Both the position numbers and the translations under genes were made by a program. From Marinobacter sp. (GTDB taxonomy: Bacteria > Pseudomonadota > Gammaproteobacteria > Pseudomonadales > Oleiphilaceae), in contig JBPEXK010000356.1 of the NCBI GenBank assembly GCA_052031745.1, positions 1 through 46,235 on the forward strand: DNA of 46,235 nucleotides, written 5' to 3'. The first letter of the stretch is position 1. Every line of letters starts with the position of its first letter. The notes below the pieces were generated by a model. It was not told where the DNA came from. It was given only the letters and a program-made list of their open reading frames with translations, and ran no database searches. Below are positions 27,318 to 37,022 of this stretch, one piece after another.

Positions 27318-29540
27318 TTGAGCGTGACGATGCCCAGACTTCTGACACTGATCCTTTGCTTTGCCATTATTCTGCCCCTGGGCGTCCAGGCGCAGGAGGC
27401 TCCCGAGCTGGTGCTTCCCGAGCAGGCCGACGTGCGCATCATCGTCGATATATCCGGATCCATGAAGAAGAACGATCCCGATAACCTGCGCCAGCCCGCG
27501 GTCAGATTACTGGCGCAAATGCTGCCTGAGGGCGCCACCGCCGGGCTCTGGACCTTCGGTCAGTACGTCAACATGCTGGTGCCACACCGGGAAGTCACCG
27601 AGCAATGGCGTGCATTGGCGAAAGATCGCTCGGCACAGATCAATTCGGTGGCGTTGCGGACCAATCTTGGCAAAGCCATCGAGGTGGCCGGGGACACCTA
27701 TTACACCGACGGCGTACTCGACAACACTCACTTCATCCTGCTCACCGACGGCCGGGTGGACATCTCCGACGACGGCGCGGTCAATGAGCAAGAAGAGAGC
27801 CGTATTCTGCAAACCATCGCACCGGGGCTGACGGCCCAGGGCGCGACTTTTCATCCGATTGCGCTCTCGTCAGAGGCGGATGCGGACTTCCTGCGTCAGT
27901 TGGCACGGGACTCCGGCGGCCGCTTCCAGGTGGCTGAGAGCGCAGAGGCGCTGAGTCGGGCGTTCCTGGAAGCTCTGAACACCGCTGTGCCCCAGGAACA
28001 GATCCCAATCGAAGGCGACGGCTTCCGCGTTGATGAGGGCGTGTCCGAGTTCACTGCCTTGGTATTCTGGGGACAGCAGGAGACCCGCGAGACCCGCAAG
28101 CTGGCGCTGGTGAGTCCCGGTGGTGAACGTGTCACCCTGGATGCTTTGCCTGCCAACGTGCGCTGGACCCGGGAATCCGGCTACGACCTGATGACCATCA
28201 CCGAGCCCGCCTCAGGCCGTTGGCAAATCGACGGTGAGCTCGGGGAGGGCAGTCGGGTTACCGTGGTCAGCGACCTGCGAATGGCGGTTAGTCCGATCCC
28301 GCCCGAGTTTTCTGAGCAGAGTCCCATTAATCTGAATATCGCCTTCTACGAGGACGGTGAGCGCATCACCAACCAGGACTTCCTTCAGGTGCTGGACATC
28401 AAAGTCAGCGTGGTGTCTGAGGACGGTCGCAGCGGCACCAAGGTGCTGTCCCGGGAAACCTCTCCAGAGCCGGGCGTGTTCACCGACACTATCGGCCGTT
28501 TGCCCGCCAACGGACTGTACCAGATCGAAGTGGTGGCAGACGGCCAGACCTTCAGCCGCAAGTTCAGTACCACTACCCAGTTCGAGAGCATTGTTGCGGG
28601 CCAATCGACCGCAGACATTGAGGGTGGCGAGGTCGCGACCACCGATCAGGAAAGCACCGAGTCCGAGCCGGTATCAGGGGCCGCCCCTGTCGCAGACCCG
28701 GCATCCGCGGCAGACCCAGAGCCGGTGTCCGAGCCGGAGCCCAAACCAGAGACCAAACCAGAACCCCAGAACCAACCCGCGCCCGCGTCCACTCCGACTG
28801 TCGCTGACGACATCATCAGTCCGATCAATGTCGACGAGGTTGAGCAGCCGGAAGAACCAACCGAAGAGGCATCGGGCTTTGCCATGCCGCCGCTGTGGAT
28901 GTTGGGAGCCGGTGGCGGTGTATTTGCCCTGGCTGCACTGGCTTGGTTCGTCGTAAAGCGTCGCAGCGCCAAAACCACGGAAGAAACGGTGGAGCCGGAC
29001 ACACCAAAAACCTCTGAGGCGCAGTCGGAGCAGCCGGCCGCCGACCCGGAGCCGACGGAGGACACCGACGAGCCAGAGCCTGAGGCTCAGGATGAGCCCG
29101 AGGAACAGGCCGAGGAACCACCGGTGGCCGAAGTTGTGGCTGCTGAGGCATCAGAGGACGAGGCGACCGGGGAAATCCCGGAGGTAACCGACGAGCTGGA
29201 TGCTGGAGCGGAGTCCGTTGAGGCCGAAGAGCAGGCGCAGGAGGAAGACGCGGAGCTGCCCGACGATGACATCCCGATGGCTGATACGGTCGTATCCGAA
29301 GAACCGGAGTCGGTGGAAGCAGAACAGGAGTCGGAAACCGAGTCCGAGCAGGCGTCCGCGGACGACTGGCTGGACGAACTGACCGACGATTCGGCTGAGG
29401 ACAGCGACGAAGAAGAGTTCGGTCTGGACGATTTTGATCTGTCCGAATTCGACGACTTGCCCGGGCACAACGACAGTGACACTGATCAAACGGATCTGGA
29501 ACCGATTCCGGATGCCGATGACCAGGACCAGAAAAAGTAA
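27318..29540 (+). CDS. Membrane-anchored vWA-domain protein with long acidic C-terminal tail
   Basis: Signal peptide, MIDAS motif DISGSM with ILLTDG, beta-rich middle, Pro/Glu linker, TM helix followed by KRR, then about 190 aa of Asp/Glu-rich tail. Start TTG 27318 or the ATG a few codons downstream. Confidence 0.85.
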   Translation: MSVTMPRLLTLILCFAIILPLGVQAQEAPELVLPEQADVRIIVDISGSMKKNDPDNLRQPAVRLLAQMLPEGATAGLWTFGQYVNMLVPHREVTEQWRALAKDRSAQINSVALRTNLGKAIEVAGDTYYTDGVLDNTHFILLTDGRVDISDDGAVNEQEESRILQTIAPGLTAQGATFHPIALSSEADADFLRQLARDSGGRFQVAESAEALSRAFLEALNTAVPQEQIPIEGDGFRVDEGVSEFTALVFWGQQETRETRKLALVSPGGERVTLDALPANVRWTRESGYDLMTITEPASGRWQIDGELGEGSRVTVVSDLRMAVSPIPPEFSEQSPINLNIAFYEDGERITNQDFLQVLDIKVSVVSEDGRSGTKVLSRETSPEPGVFTDTIGRLPANGLYQIEVVADGQTFSRKFSTTTQFESIVAGQSTADIEGGEVATTDQESTESEPVSGAAPVADPASAADPEPVSEPEPKPETKPEPQNQPAPASTPTVADDIISPINVDEVEQPEEPTEEASGFAMPPLWMLGAGGGVFALAALAWFVVKRRSAKTTEETVEPDTPKTSEAQSEQPAADPEPTEDTDEPEPEAQDEPEEQAEEPPVAEVVAAEASEDEATGEIPEVTDELDAGAESVEAEEQAQEEDAELPDDDIPMADTVVSEEPESVEAEQESETESEQASADDWLDELTDDSAEDSDEEEFGLDDFDLSEFDDLPGHNDSDTDQTDLEPIPDADDQDQKK

Positions 29541-29558
29541 CCAACAGGATTTAACGCG

Positions 29559-30401
29559 ATGAAGTTTACCGGTACTGATAAGTATGTAGCCACCGATGAC
29601 CTGCAGATGGCGGTCAACGCCGCCATCGCTCTGCAGCGCCCGCTGCTGATCAAAGGCGAACCCGGCACCGGCAAGACCTTGCTGGCGGAGGAAATGGCCG
29701 AGGCCCTGGGCATGAAGCTGATCCCCTGGCACATCAAGTCCACCACCAAAGCCCAGCAAGGTCTGTACGAGTACGACGCGGTCTCTCGCCTGCGGGATTC
29801 CCAGCTCGGCGATGAGAAGGTTAAGGACATCAGTAACTACATCGTCAAAGGTAAACTTTGGGAAGCCTTCCAGGCCGACGAACAGGTGGTGTTGCTGATC
29901 GACGAGATCGACAAGGCCGACATCGAATTCCCCAACGACCTGTTGCTCGAACTCGATCGCATGGAATTCTTCGTCTACGAAACCCAGCAGTTCATCAAGG
30001 CCAAGCACCGCCCGATTGTGGTGATTACCAGTAACAACGAGAAAGAACTGCCGGATGCCTTCCTGCGTCGGTGCTTCTTCCACTACATCAGCTTCCCGGA
30101 CCACGACACCATGAAAAACATCGTGGACGTGCATTTCCCGGGCATCCAGCAACAAATCGTACGGGACGCGCTCGAAGTGTTCTTCGATGTGCGCAAGGTG
30201 CCGGGCCTGAAAAAGAAGCCCTCCACGTCCGAACTGATCGACTGGCTGAAGTTGCTGATGGCGGACGAATTGTCTGCCAAAATGTTGCAAGAGAAAGACA
30301 CCAGCTCGGCGCTGCCGCCTTTGTACGGTGCCCTGGTGAAGAACGAGCAGGATGTTCACCTGCTGCAGAAACTGGCGTTTATGGCCCGTCGCCGCAGCTG
30401 A
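29559..30401 (+). CDS. MoxR-family AAA+ ATPase
   Basis: RPLLIKGEPGTGKT, LYEYDAVSRL, LLIDEIDKAD, TSNNEKELPDAFLRRC. Confidence 0.95.
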   Translation: MKFTGTDKYVATDDLQMAVNAAIALQRPLLIKGEPGTGKTLLAEEMAEALGMKLIPWHIKSTTKAQQGLYEYDAVSRLRDSQLGDEKVKDISNYIVKGKLWEAFQADEQVVLLIDEIDKADIEFPNDLLLELDRMEFFVYETQQFIKAKHRPIVVITSNNEKELPDAFLRRCFFHYISFPDHDTMKNIVDVHFPGIQQQIVRDALEVFFDVRKVPGLKKKPSTSELIDWLKLLMADELSAKMLQEKDTSSALPPLYGALVKNEQDVHLLQKLAFMARRRS

Positions 30402-30423
30402 TACGCAGCAAGAGTCTCGTTTT

Positions 30424-31602
30424 ATGTTGATCGATTTTTTTCTCGAAGTTCGGCGGGCGAAAGTGCCCGCCAGCCTGCGCGAATTCCTCGACCTGCTGGA
30501 GGCGCTCCAGAACCGTCTGGCGTTTGCCGACATGGAGGAGTTCTACTACCTGGCGCGGCTTTGCCTGGTCAAGGATGAGCGCCACTTCGACAAGTTCGAC
30601 CGTGCTTTCAAGGCCTATTTCGAGGGCATTGAGAACCTCGAAGACCTGATGGAGATGTTGATTCCCGACGAGTGGCTGCGTGCAGAGTTCGAGAAGCACC
30701 TGTCCGAGGAAGACAAGGCCAAAATTGACTCCCTGGGTGGCCTGGAGGAGTTGATTGAGACGTTCAAAAAGCGCATGGAAGAGCAGAACGAACGGCACGC
30801 CGGCGGCAACAAATGGATTGGTACTGGCGGTACCTCGCCCTTCGGCGCCGATGGCTACAATCCCGAGGGCTTCCGCATTGGACAGAAGAGCGGCCGTCAT
30901 GGCCGTGCGGTCAAAGTGTGGGAGAAGCGCGCGTTCAAGGATCTCGATGACAGCATCACCTTGGGTATCCGCAACATCAAAGTGGCCTTGCGCCGGCTTC
31001 GGAAGTTCGCCCGCCAGGGCGCGGCGGATCAGCTCGACATGGATGACACCATCCGCTCCACCGCCCGGAACGCCGGGTACCTTGATCTGAAGATGGTGCC
31101 TGAGCGGCATAACTCAGTGAAGGTGCTGATCTTTTTTGACGTAGGTGGTTCCATGGACCCCCACGTCAGAGTCTGTGAGGAGCTGTTCTCCGCTGCTCGC
31201 CTCGAGTTCAAGCACATGGAGTATTTCTACTTCCATAACTTCATCTACGAGAGCGTCTGGACCAACAATATCCGCCGGATGAACGAAACCACCAGCACCT
31301 GGGACATCCTTCACAAGTACTCGCCGGACTACAAAGTGATCTTTGTCGGGGACGCCACCATGGCACCCTATGAGATCTCCCATCCCGGTGGCTCGATCGA
31401 GCACTGGAACGAGGAAGCCGGCGCTACCTGGTTTCAGCGGGTCTCGGAGCATTTCCGAAAAGTGGTGTGGCTGAATCCGCTGCCGGAGAATTATTGGGGC
31501 AGTGGTGGTTCTTTAGGCATGACCCGGCAGCTGGTCAATGACCATATGTATCCGTTGACCATTGATGGCCTGGAATCGGCCATGAAGCACTTAAGCAAGT
31601 AA
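30424..31602 (+). CDS. vWA-domain protein (CoxE-like partner of MoxR ATPase)
   Basis: GGNKWIGTGGTSPFG, DVGGSM (MIDAS-like), YFYFHN, FVGDATM, VWLNP. ATG 30424. Confidence 0.92.
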   Translation: MLIDFFLEVRRAKVPASLREFLDLLEALQNRLAFADMEEFYYLARLCLVKDERHFDKFDRAFKAYFEGIENLEDLMEMLIPDEWLRAEFEKHLSEEDKAKIDSLGGLEELIETFKKRMEEQNERHAGGNKWIGTGGTSPFGADGYNPEGFRIGQKSGRHGRAVKVWEKRAFKDLDDSITLGIRNIKVALRRLRKFARQGAADQLDMDDTIRSTARNAGYLDLKMVPERHNSVKVLIFFDVGGSMDPHVRVCEELFSAARLEFKHMEYFYFHNFIYESVWTNNIRRMNETTSTWDILHKYSPDYKVIFVGDATMAPYEISHPGGSIEHWNEEAGATWFQRVSEHFRKVVWLNPLPENYWGSGGSLGMTRQLVNDHMYPLTIDGLESAMKHLSK

Positions 31603-31632
31603 AAAAACGCCGATGCGGTTGAGGGCATCGGC
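31601..31632 (-). terminator. Rho-independent terminator-like hairpin for a minus-strand transcript
   Basis: Perfect 8-bp stem GCCGATGC/GCATCGGC. A7 at 31601-31607 would give a U-tract on the minus strand. Confidence 0.55.
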
Positions 31633-31646
31633 AAAGCTCGGCATAT

Positions 31647-31685
31647 AAAGCGGGGGTGCCTGAAAAGGCGCTCCCGCTTTTTTCT
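31647..31685 (+). terminator. Rho-independent terminator after the vWA/MoxR cluster
   Basis: AAAGCGGGGGTGCC-tgaaaa-GGCGCTCCCGCTTT followed by TTTCT. Confidence 0.8.
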
Positions 31686-31788
31686 ACGCAATTTAGACGC
31701 CAGCCCTGAGAAAAATCACGAAAAACCAGATGCTTGCCACTGTTTTCCGGGCTAGGCTGGCGATTGTCGGGGCAATGCAACGCCCCAG

Positions 31789-31807
31789 GTGTCAAAAAAT
31801 TCGACAC
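31789..31807. promoter_or_regulatory. Palindromic TGT-N11-ACA site (candidate regulator or enhancer-binding site)
   Basis: GTGTCAAAAAATTCGACAC: GTGTC/GACAC arms around an AT-rich core, about 200 bp upstream of the TPR-ExbBD operon. Confidence 0.45.
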
Positions 31808-32001
31808 CCACCCGTTTCAAATCTGTGCTTCTAATTCCTGCACTTACTCCCTCTCTTCTTTCTGACGCGGCGCTTTCCGCTGCTGCATTTTCAAATTGGT
31901 GATCTACATACCGTTCTTGCGGGTAACCGAGTGTTACGCTTCCTCTCAGCTTGTAACGGAAGAAAGCCCGTCACCGGGAAGGCAGGAGGCGACACGGAAT
32001 T

Positions 32002-32550
32002 ATGTTCGGCATAACACCAACAACACGGCGCCGGATACACCCATCGCATGGACTGTGTTTCGGCTTTTTCATCGCACTGCACAGCTATTCCGCCTCAGTG
32101 CAAAGCGCTGACCTCGACCAGTCTATTGCTCAGCTCAGGCAGCAGGTCTCCGACCACTCTGCTCAGGTGTTTGCCCTGGAGCAGGAGCTGCTGTATCCAG
32201 CGGACAGCCGGGTGTCAGTATTTCTGACGTTGGCCAATCGGGACACCTTGGATCTTGATGCCGTGGAGCTGTTCGTCGACGGTAAACCGGCCGTCTCCCA
32301 CCTCTACACCGAGCGCGAGCAGGAAGCCCTCGAAGAGGGTGGTGTCCAGCAACTCTTCAAAGGCAATCTGCCCAACGGTTCCCACGCATTGAAAGTGGTT
32401 GTGACAGCGCGCGCCGGCAATGATCGCTTCGTGCGTCGGGAAACTACCCACCAATTCCAGAAACGCCCCGGAAACCTCCGCATGCAGATGACTCTGGAAG
32501 CCAAGGCACCGGACTTCGAGCCTCGTGTGTCGTTTGCCGAGTGGAAGTAA
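32002..32550 (+). CDS. Exported hypothetical protein, first gene of the TPR/ExbBD operon
   Basis: Signal-like N-terminus, coiled coil, LEQELLYP..SRVSVFL, and HLYT.RE..AL..GGVQ.L..GNL..G.H beta-sandwich. Start is uncertain. Confidence 0.75.
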   Translation: MFGITPTTRRRIHPSHGLCFGFFIALHSYSASVQSADLDQSIAQLRQQVSDHSAQVFALEQELLYPADSRVSVFLTLANRDTLDLDAVELFVDGKPAVSHLYTEREQEALEEGGVQQLFKGNLPNGSHALKVVVTARAGNDRFVRRETTHQFQKRPGNLRMQMTLEAKAPDFEPRVSFAEWK

Positions 32551-32556
32551 CTGGTC

Positions 32557-34221
32557 ATGATTTCGTGCATTAATCGCCTCCTGCCTGGATGGGCTTTGTC
32601 CATGGCGTTTGTCTTGGCGTCGTTCGGGAGCGTGGAGGCATCGACCCAGGGGTCACCGGACCTGCAGTCCGGGTTGGTCCGGTTTGCATTGGCGGGTGCG
32701 GACTTGGCGCCGGTGATCAAGTTGGCGGAAAGACTGGATGGGGATTCCGGGCAGCTGCTTCGAGCCCGGGTTCTGCTGCGGACCGGGCATACGGAGGAAG
32801 GCCTGGCCCTGCTGAACAGCGTGGCCGACGGCCAACACCATCGAGCCGAAGCGGCCCTGATCCTGGGCCAACACTTGGCTGCGGCCGACCAGCACGCCGA
32901 GGCTCGGCGCTGGTTCCAGCGGTCGGTGGCGGTGGGCTATGGTGAGATCCGGCAGGAGGCCGCCTATCGTTTGGCCGAACTGGAGTTGGAACAGGGCCGA
33001 ACCGAAAAGGCGGGCGAGGTTCTGGCGGCCATGGAGCCCGGGTTTTGGGCCGCCATTGGCTATCTGAATCTGTCTGGGGAGCATGCCCGTGCCGACCTCA
33101 ATCCAACTCGGGCCCTGGTCGCACTACGGGTGGCTCTGGCTATGGCAGAGGCAGACTCGGATTCGAAACGGCGCGCCGATCTGGAGAATCGTTTGCGACT
33201 GCGGGCAGGTTACCTGGCCCTGGAAAACGGCGAATTCGACAAGGCCATCGGGTTTCTGGAGAAGGTGTCCCTGGAGAGCGACAGCACACCCCACGCCCTG
33301 TATCTTCACGGGTTGGCGCTGGCCGAAAAGGGCAACCATCGGGCGTCCATGCAAAGCTGGCATCGCAGTAAGAAATTCCCCTTGGCGTTCCCCGGAGTGA
33401 CCGAAGCCTGGATCGCTATGGGGCGGGGTTTCGATCTTTCCGGCTATCTGGGGCAGGCCGGTGAGGCCTACCTGGCAGCCAATGCAGCCTTTGAGAGTGA
33501 GCGGGTGACACTACGCAAGCTGGCAGAACGAATCGAACGGGAAGGGGCCTACAAAGCCCTGGTCGAGGACGCCCGCGCTTCGGATCTGGAGTGGTTCCTT
33601 GCGGACAGTCGGACCCTGACCCAGCCGCGGCTCGCGTACCTGATCGATTTCCTCACCAGCGCCAAAGCTCAGCGTGCCGTGAGCCGTGTTTCTGAGCTGA
33701 AAGAGCTGGGTTTAGCTCTGACCCATCGTCGGACCGAGCTCGCCATCTTCCGGGAAAATCTGCAGTCTCAGGTGAACGCTCTAAGAGCCCGGACCGACAG
33801 CCGCACTCACGCCACCACCAACGAGTTGCGTAAGACGCAGGATACCCTGGAGGGGGCGCTGGCGAATCTGGTGGGTCAATCCCTGACGTCAACGCAACAA
33901 CGGCAACTCGCCGAGCTCAAAGACACGCTGGCCGCCTCGGCTCGGAGTCTCTCGAGCTTGGACCAGCGGTTGGCTTCCAGGCCGGCGTCGCTGCGCTCCC
34001 AACTGACGCTGACACGGACCTTACACGGTGACACCCAACGACTGGCGGAACGGGTGATCGACCTGACCCGGCAGGCCGAACAGCGACTTGATTCCCTGGC
34101 GCTGGCCTACGTCCAAGAGCAAGACGCTGAGATGGTGGCGGCGTTGGACAAAACCGAACAACAAATTGCCCACCTGTACGAATACCTGGCTTTGCAGAAT
34201 CTGGAGGGTGTGGCGCAATGA
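32557..34221 (+). CDS. Exported TPR/coiled-coil protein (GltC-like by position)
   Basis: Signal peptide, TPR-like helices, C-terminal coiled coil ending IAHLYE. ATGA overlap with the next gene. Confidence 0.75.
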   Translation: MISCINRLLPGWALSMAFVLASFGSVEASTQGSPDLQSGLVRFALAGADLAPVIKLAERLDGDSGQLLRARVLLRTGHTEEGLALLNSVADGQHHRAEAALILGQHLAAADQHAEARRWFQRSVAVGYGEIRQEAAYRLAELELEQGRTEKAGEVLAAMEPGFWAAIGYLNLSGEHARADLNPTRALVALRVALAMAEADSDSKRRADLENRLRLRAGYLALENGEFDKAIGFLEKVSLESDSTPHALYLHGLALAEKGNHRASMQSWHRSKKFPLAFPGVTEAWIAMGRGFDLSGYLGQAGEAYLAANAAFESERVTLRKLAERIEREGAYKALVEDARASDLEWFLADSRTLTQPRLAYLIDFLTSAKAQRAVSRVSELKELGLALTHRRTELAIFRENLQSQVNALRARTDSRTHATTNELRKTQDTLEGALANLVGQSLTSTQQRQLAELKDTLAASARSLSSLDQRLASRPASLRSQLTLTRTLHGDTQRLAERVIDLTRQAEQRLDSLALAYVQEQDAEMVAALDKTEQQIAHLYEYLALQNLEGVAQ

Positions 34222-37022
34222 AACGTTTGGCCCTTGCCCTCATCGGCGCCTGGCTGATGGTGCCGTACGCCGCTGCTCAGGAGTCGTTCCGGGTCGAACT
34301 GGGCCGGGACGGCGAAACTATTGCCGACATGCGGCCGGTGTTTCTGAAATTTGAGACCCGCCCAATGCCGGCGATCTCTCCGACCGAAGTCGCCCGTCGT
34401 TACCAGCGCTTGTTCCAGTCCTCCAACGAACCCGAAGTGCGAATTGACGCCCTGAACCGGCTCACCAACATTCGCGATCGCACCGGCAAGGATCTGGGAT
34501 TTACCGTAGAGCAGGAAGAACAGGTTTACAGCGAGGTGCTGGCCAGCTACGAGACCATTCTCGGCCGTGGCACCTTCAGTGGACGGCTGGATGAATTGCT
34601 GTATCAAATGGCCAAGGCCTACGCACTGACCGGACAACCGGAGAAATCAATCGACCGGCTGCGGCAGTTGGTAGGGCTCTATCCGAATTCACCGCTGGTG
34701 CCAGAGGCGCGTTTTCGTGTCGCCGAATCGGCGTTCGTTGCCGGTGACTACGCTGAAGCCGAATCCGGGTACCGAACCTTGCTGGATTCGAATGCGGCGG
34801 CAGCCCTTAAAACCAAAGCCCAGTACATGCTTGGATGGAGCCAGTTTAAACAGGGCCCGGTGGCCTGGGACCGTGCGGCGGCAACCTTCCGTCGGGTGCT
34901 GGACGGGTTTCTGCCCAGCCCCGAGAGCCTCCTGGCTGTGGAGACCGCCAACGTTGACACCATTGATGACACCCTCCGGGTTCTGGCCCTGATGGCGGCG
35001 CGGGAGAACGGGCCAGAACAGCTGCTGAGCTGGTTGGAGGGCGCGCCCCAGCGTCCCTGGGCTCACCTGTTGTTCGACCGACTGGCGGATTTTTATGCCC
35101 AGCTCGGAGATTACGACGCCAGTGCTGCCGCCAACCGCACCTTTGTTCGACATTACCCGGAGCATCCGGAAACACCTGCGTTCATGGTCCAGCTCACCCA
35201 GGTCTGGGCGCGCGCCGGCGAAGCCGGGCAAGTGCGTGAGGCGCAGGCAGCGTTTGTCGCCATGTTCTCCGAAGATGCCCGCTTTCAGACCCTCAAGGAC
35301 CAGTACAGGGCTCACTGGAAGACGTTCAGCCGCAACCTGGCCGATTTCCATTATCGCCGGGGCAGTGACTCCGCCGCCCAGCAAGCACTGGCGACGGCAC
35401 GGTCAGAGTTCGCGGTGGCCGCAGACTATTACGAGGCCCTGGCCGACCGAGTCAGTTCCCCGGAACCCTTGTTCCGGCTGGCAGGGGATGCACGACTGCA
35501 AGCCGGCGAGTTCGCCCTGGCGCTGGACAATTTCCGTGCCGCCGCGTACGCCAACAGTGACTACCCCGAGGCCGCCGATGCCGGTTGGGCCGCGCTGGTA
35601 CTGCTTCGAGAGGGCGTTGCGGGTGACAAAACTGCGCCGGAGTTCCAGCCAGGCCTGGCGAGTTTGTCCGAGGAAGCCGACAGATTCCGTCTAAGTTTCC
35701 CGGGCGATGCCCGCAGAACCGGGCTGACGGCGGACCTGGCCACCCAGTGGCTAGAAACCGGCGACACCGATCAAGCCCTGAAATTCGCCGGCGACACCAT
35801 TGCCAACCCCCGGGCAACCCCGAAACAGCGATACGCGTCTTGGCTGGTGGTCGCCAAAGTGCGTCAACAAAACCGGGAATACGCCCTGGCCGAGCGGGCC
35901 TGGAAACAGGTATTGGCGGAGCTTCCGGATGTCGACATCAACACCGGCACCAATCCGACCCGGCTAGCTCAACAGCAGCTCGCCACGGTGGTGTATCGGC
36001 AAGGCGAGACAGCAGAGGCGCGCGGCGACGTCGAGGCGGCGGTGAGACATTTCCAGCGGGTCGCAGAGGTCCTGCCGGGGTCCGAAATTGCCATCAAGGG
36101 CCAATACGATGCCGCCAACACGCTGCTGAAAGCCGAGCGGTGGCAGCCGGCCATCGACGAGTTGTTGGCGTTCCGCAATCAGCACGGCGGTCACGCCCTC
36201 GCTACGGCAATCGGCGACAAGCTTGTGCACGCTTACGTGGCTTCGGAACAGCCATTACGGGCCGCCGACGAACTGCTTCGGGGGGCTGAGCAACTGGCCG
36301 ACCCCTGGCCGCTTAAGCTGCAGGCGGCCGAGTTGTATCACGGTGCCGATAGGGTGTCCGAGCGGAATCAACTGTATCTGGCTTACCTGAAGACCGCTCA
36401 GACTGGCGGGTCGTCCGAACAGCATGTTCGGCAGCAGACCTTCCGGCATCGTCTGGCCAAATCCGAGCAGAACGGCGATCGCTGGCGCGAGGCCCTGGTG
36501 ACCCATGAGCTGGCCAGCCAATGGCATTCGGAGCAAACCCTTGCGTGGGCGGCGCGCAGTGCTCTGGTCCTCGGCGCCAAGGATGCGGCAGGCTTTGCCG
36601 CAATCAGCCTGGGGCAGCCGCTGGCGGATTCGCTCGAACGGAAGCAGCAGGCGCTGGAGCAGGCCCGGGAGCGCTTCCTGCAAGCCGAGCAGCTTGGTGG
36701 CGAGAGGGTGAAGTCCGAGGCCCTGTTCCGTCGGGCAGAGCTCTACCGGGTGTTGGCCCAGGACCTGATGAACTCCTCCGTTCCTTCGGAGCTGAATGAA
36801 CTGGAAGCCATGCAGTATCAAATGCTGCTGGAAGAGGAAGCGTTCCCGTTCGAAGAAAAGGCGATCGGCCTGCACTCGGACAACCATCAAAGGCTCACCG
36901 AGAAGGGATACGACCCCTGGATTGGTAAGAGTCTTGAGGTACTGGCCGAACTCAACCCCGGCAGGTACCACCGCAACGTTCGTTGGATGAGCTGGCAAGG
37001 GGAGATTGGCGATGATGCCTGA
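34218..37022 (+). CDS. Large exported TPR protein (GltD/AgmU-like)
   Basis: Signal peptide, TPR repeats (LLYQMAKAY, EARFRVAE, AQYMLGWSQFK), C-terminal LLEEEAFPFEEKAI..H..N...Y..WI.KS...LA...P.RY. 934 aa. Confidence 0.8.
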   Translation: MKRLALALIGAWLMVPYAAAQESFRVELGRDGETIADMRPVFLKFETRPMPAISPTEVARRYQRLFQSSNEPEVRIDALNRLTNIRDRTGKDLGFTVEQEEQVYSEVLASYETILGRGTFSGRLDELLYQMAKAYALTGQPEKSIDRLRQLVGLYPNSPLVPEARFRVAESAFVAGDYAEAESGYRTLLDSNAAAALKTKAQYMLGWSQFKQGPVAWDRAAATFRRVLDGFLPSPESLLAVETANVDTIDDTLRVLALMAARENGPEQLLSWLEGAPQRPWAHLLFDRLADFYAQLGDYDASAAANRTFVRHYPEHPETPAFMVQLTQVWARAGEAGQVREAQAAFVAMFSEDARFQTLKDQYRAHWKTFSRNLADFHYRRGSDSAAQQALATARSEFAVAADYYEALADRVSSPEPLFRLAGDARLQAGEFALALDNFRAAAYANSDYPEAADAGWAALVLLREGVAGDKTAPEFQPGLASLSEEADRFRLSFPGDARRTGLTADLATQWLETGDTDQALKFAGDTIANPRATPKQRYASWLVVAKVRQQNREYALAERAWKQVLAELPDVDINTGTNPTRLAQQQLATVVYRQGETAEARGDVEAAVRHFQRVAEVLPGSEIAIKGQYDAANTLLKAERWQPAIDELLAFRNQHGGHALATAIGDKLVHAYVASEQPLRAADELLRGAEQLADPWPLKLQAAELYHGADRVSERNQLYLAYLKTAQTGGSSEQHVRQQTFRHRLAKSEQNGDRWREALVTHELASQWHSEQTLAWAARSALVLGAKDAAGFAAISLGQPLADSLERKQQALEQARERFLQAEQLGGERVKSEALFRRAELYRVLAQDLMNSSVPSELNELEAMQYQMLLEEEAFPFEEKAIGLHSDNHQRLTEKGYDPWIGKSLEVLAELNPGRYHRNVRWMSWQGEIGDDA

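Noticed and set aside
28880-28970. MPP-TM-KRR segment in the vWA protein resembling a PEP-CTERM sorting signal
   Set aside because: There is no PEP motif, and the segment is followed by about 190 further residues, so it is not C-terminal.
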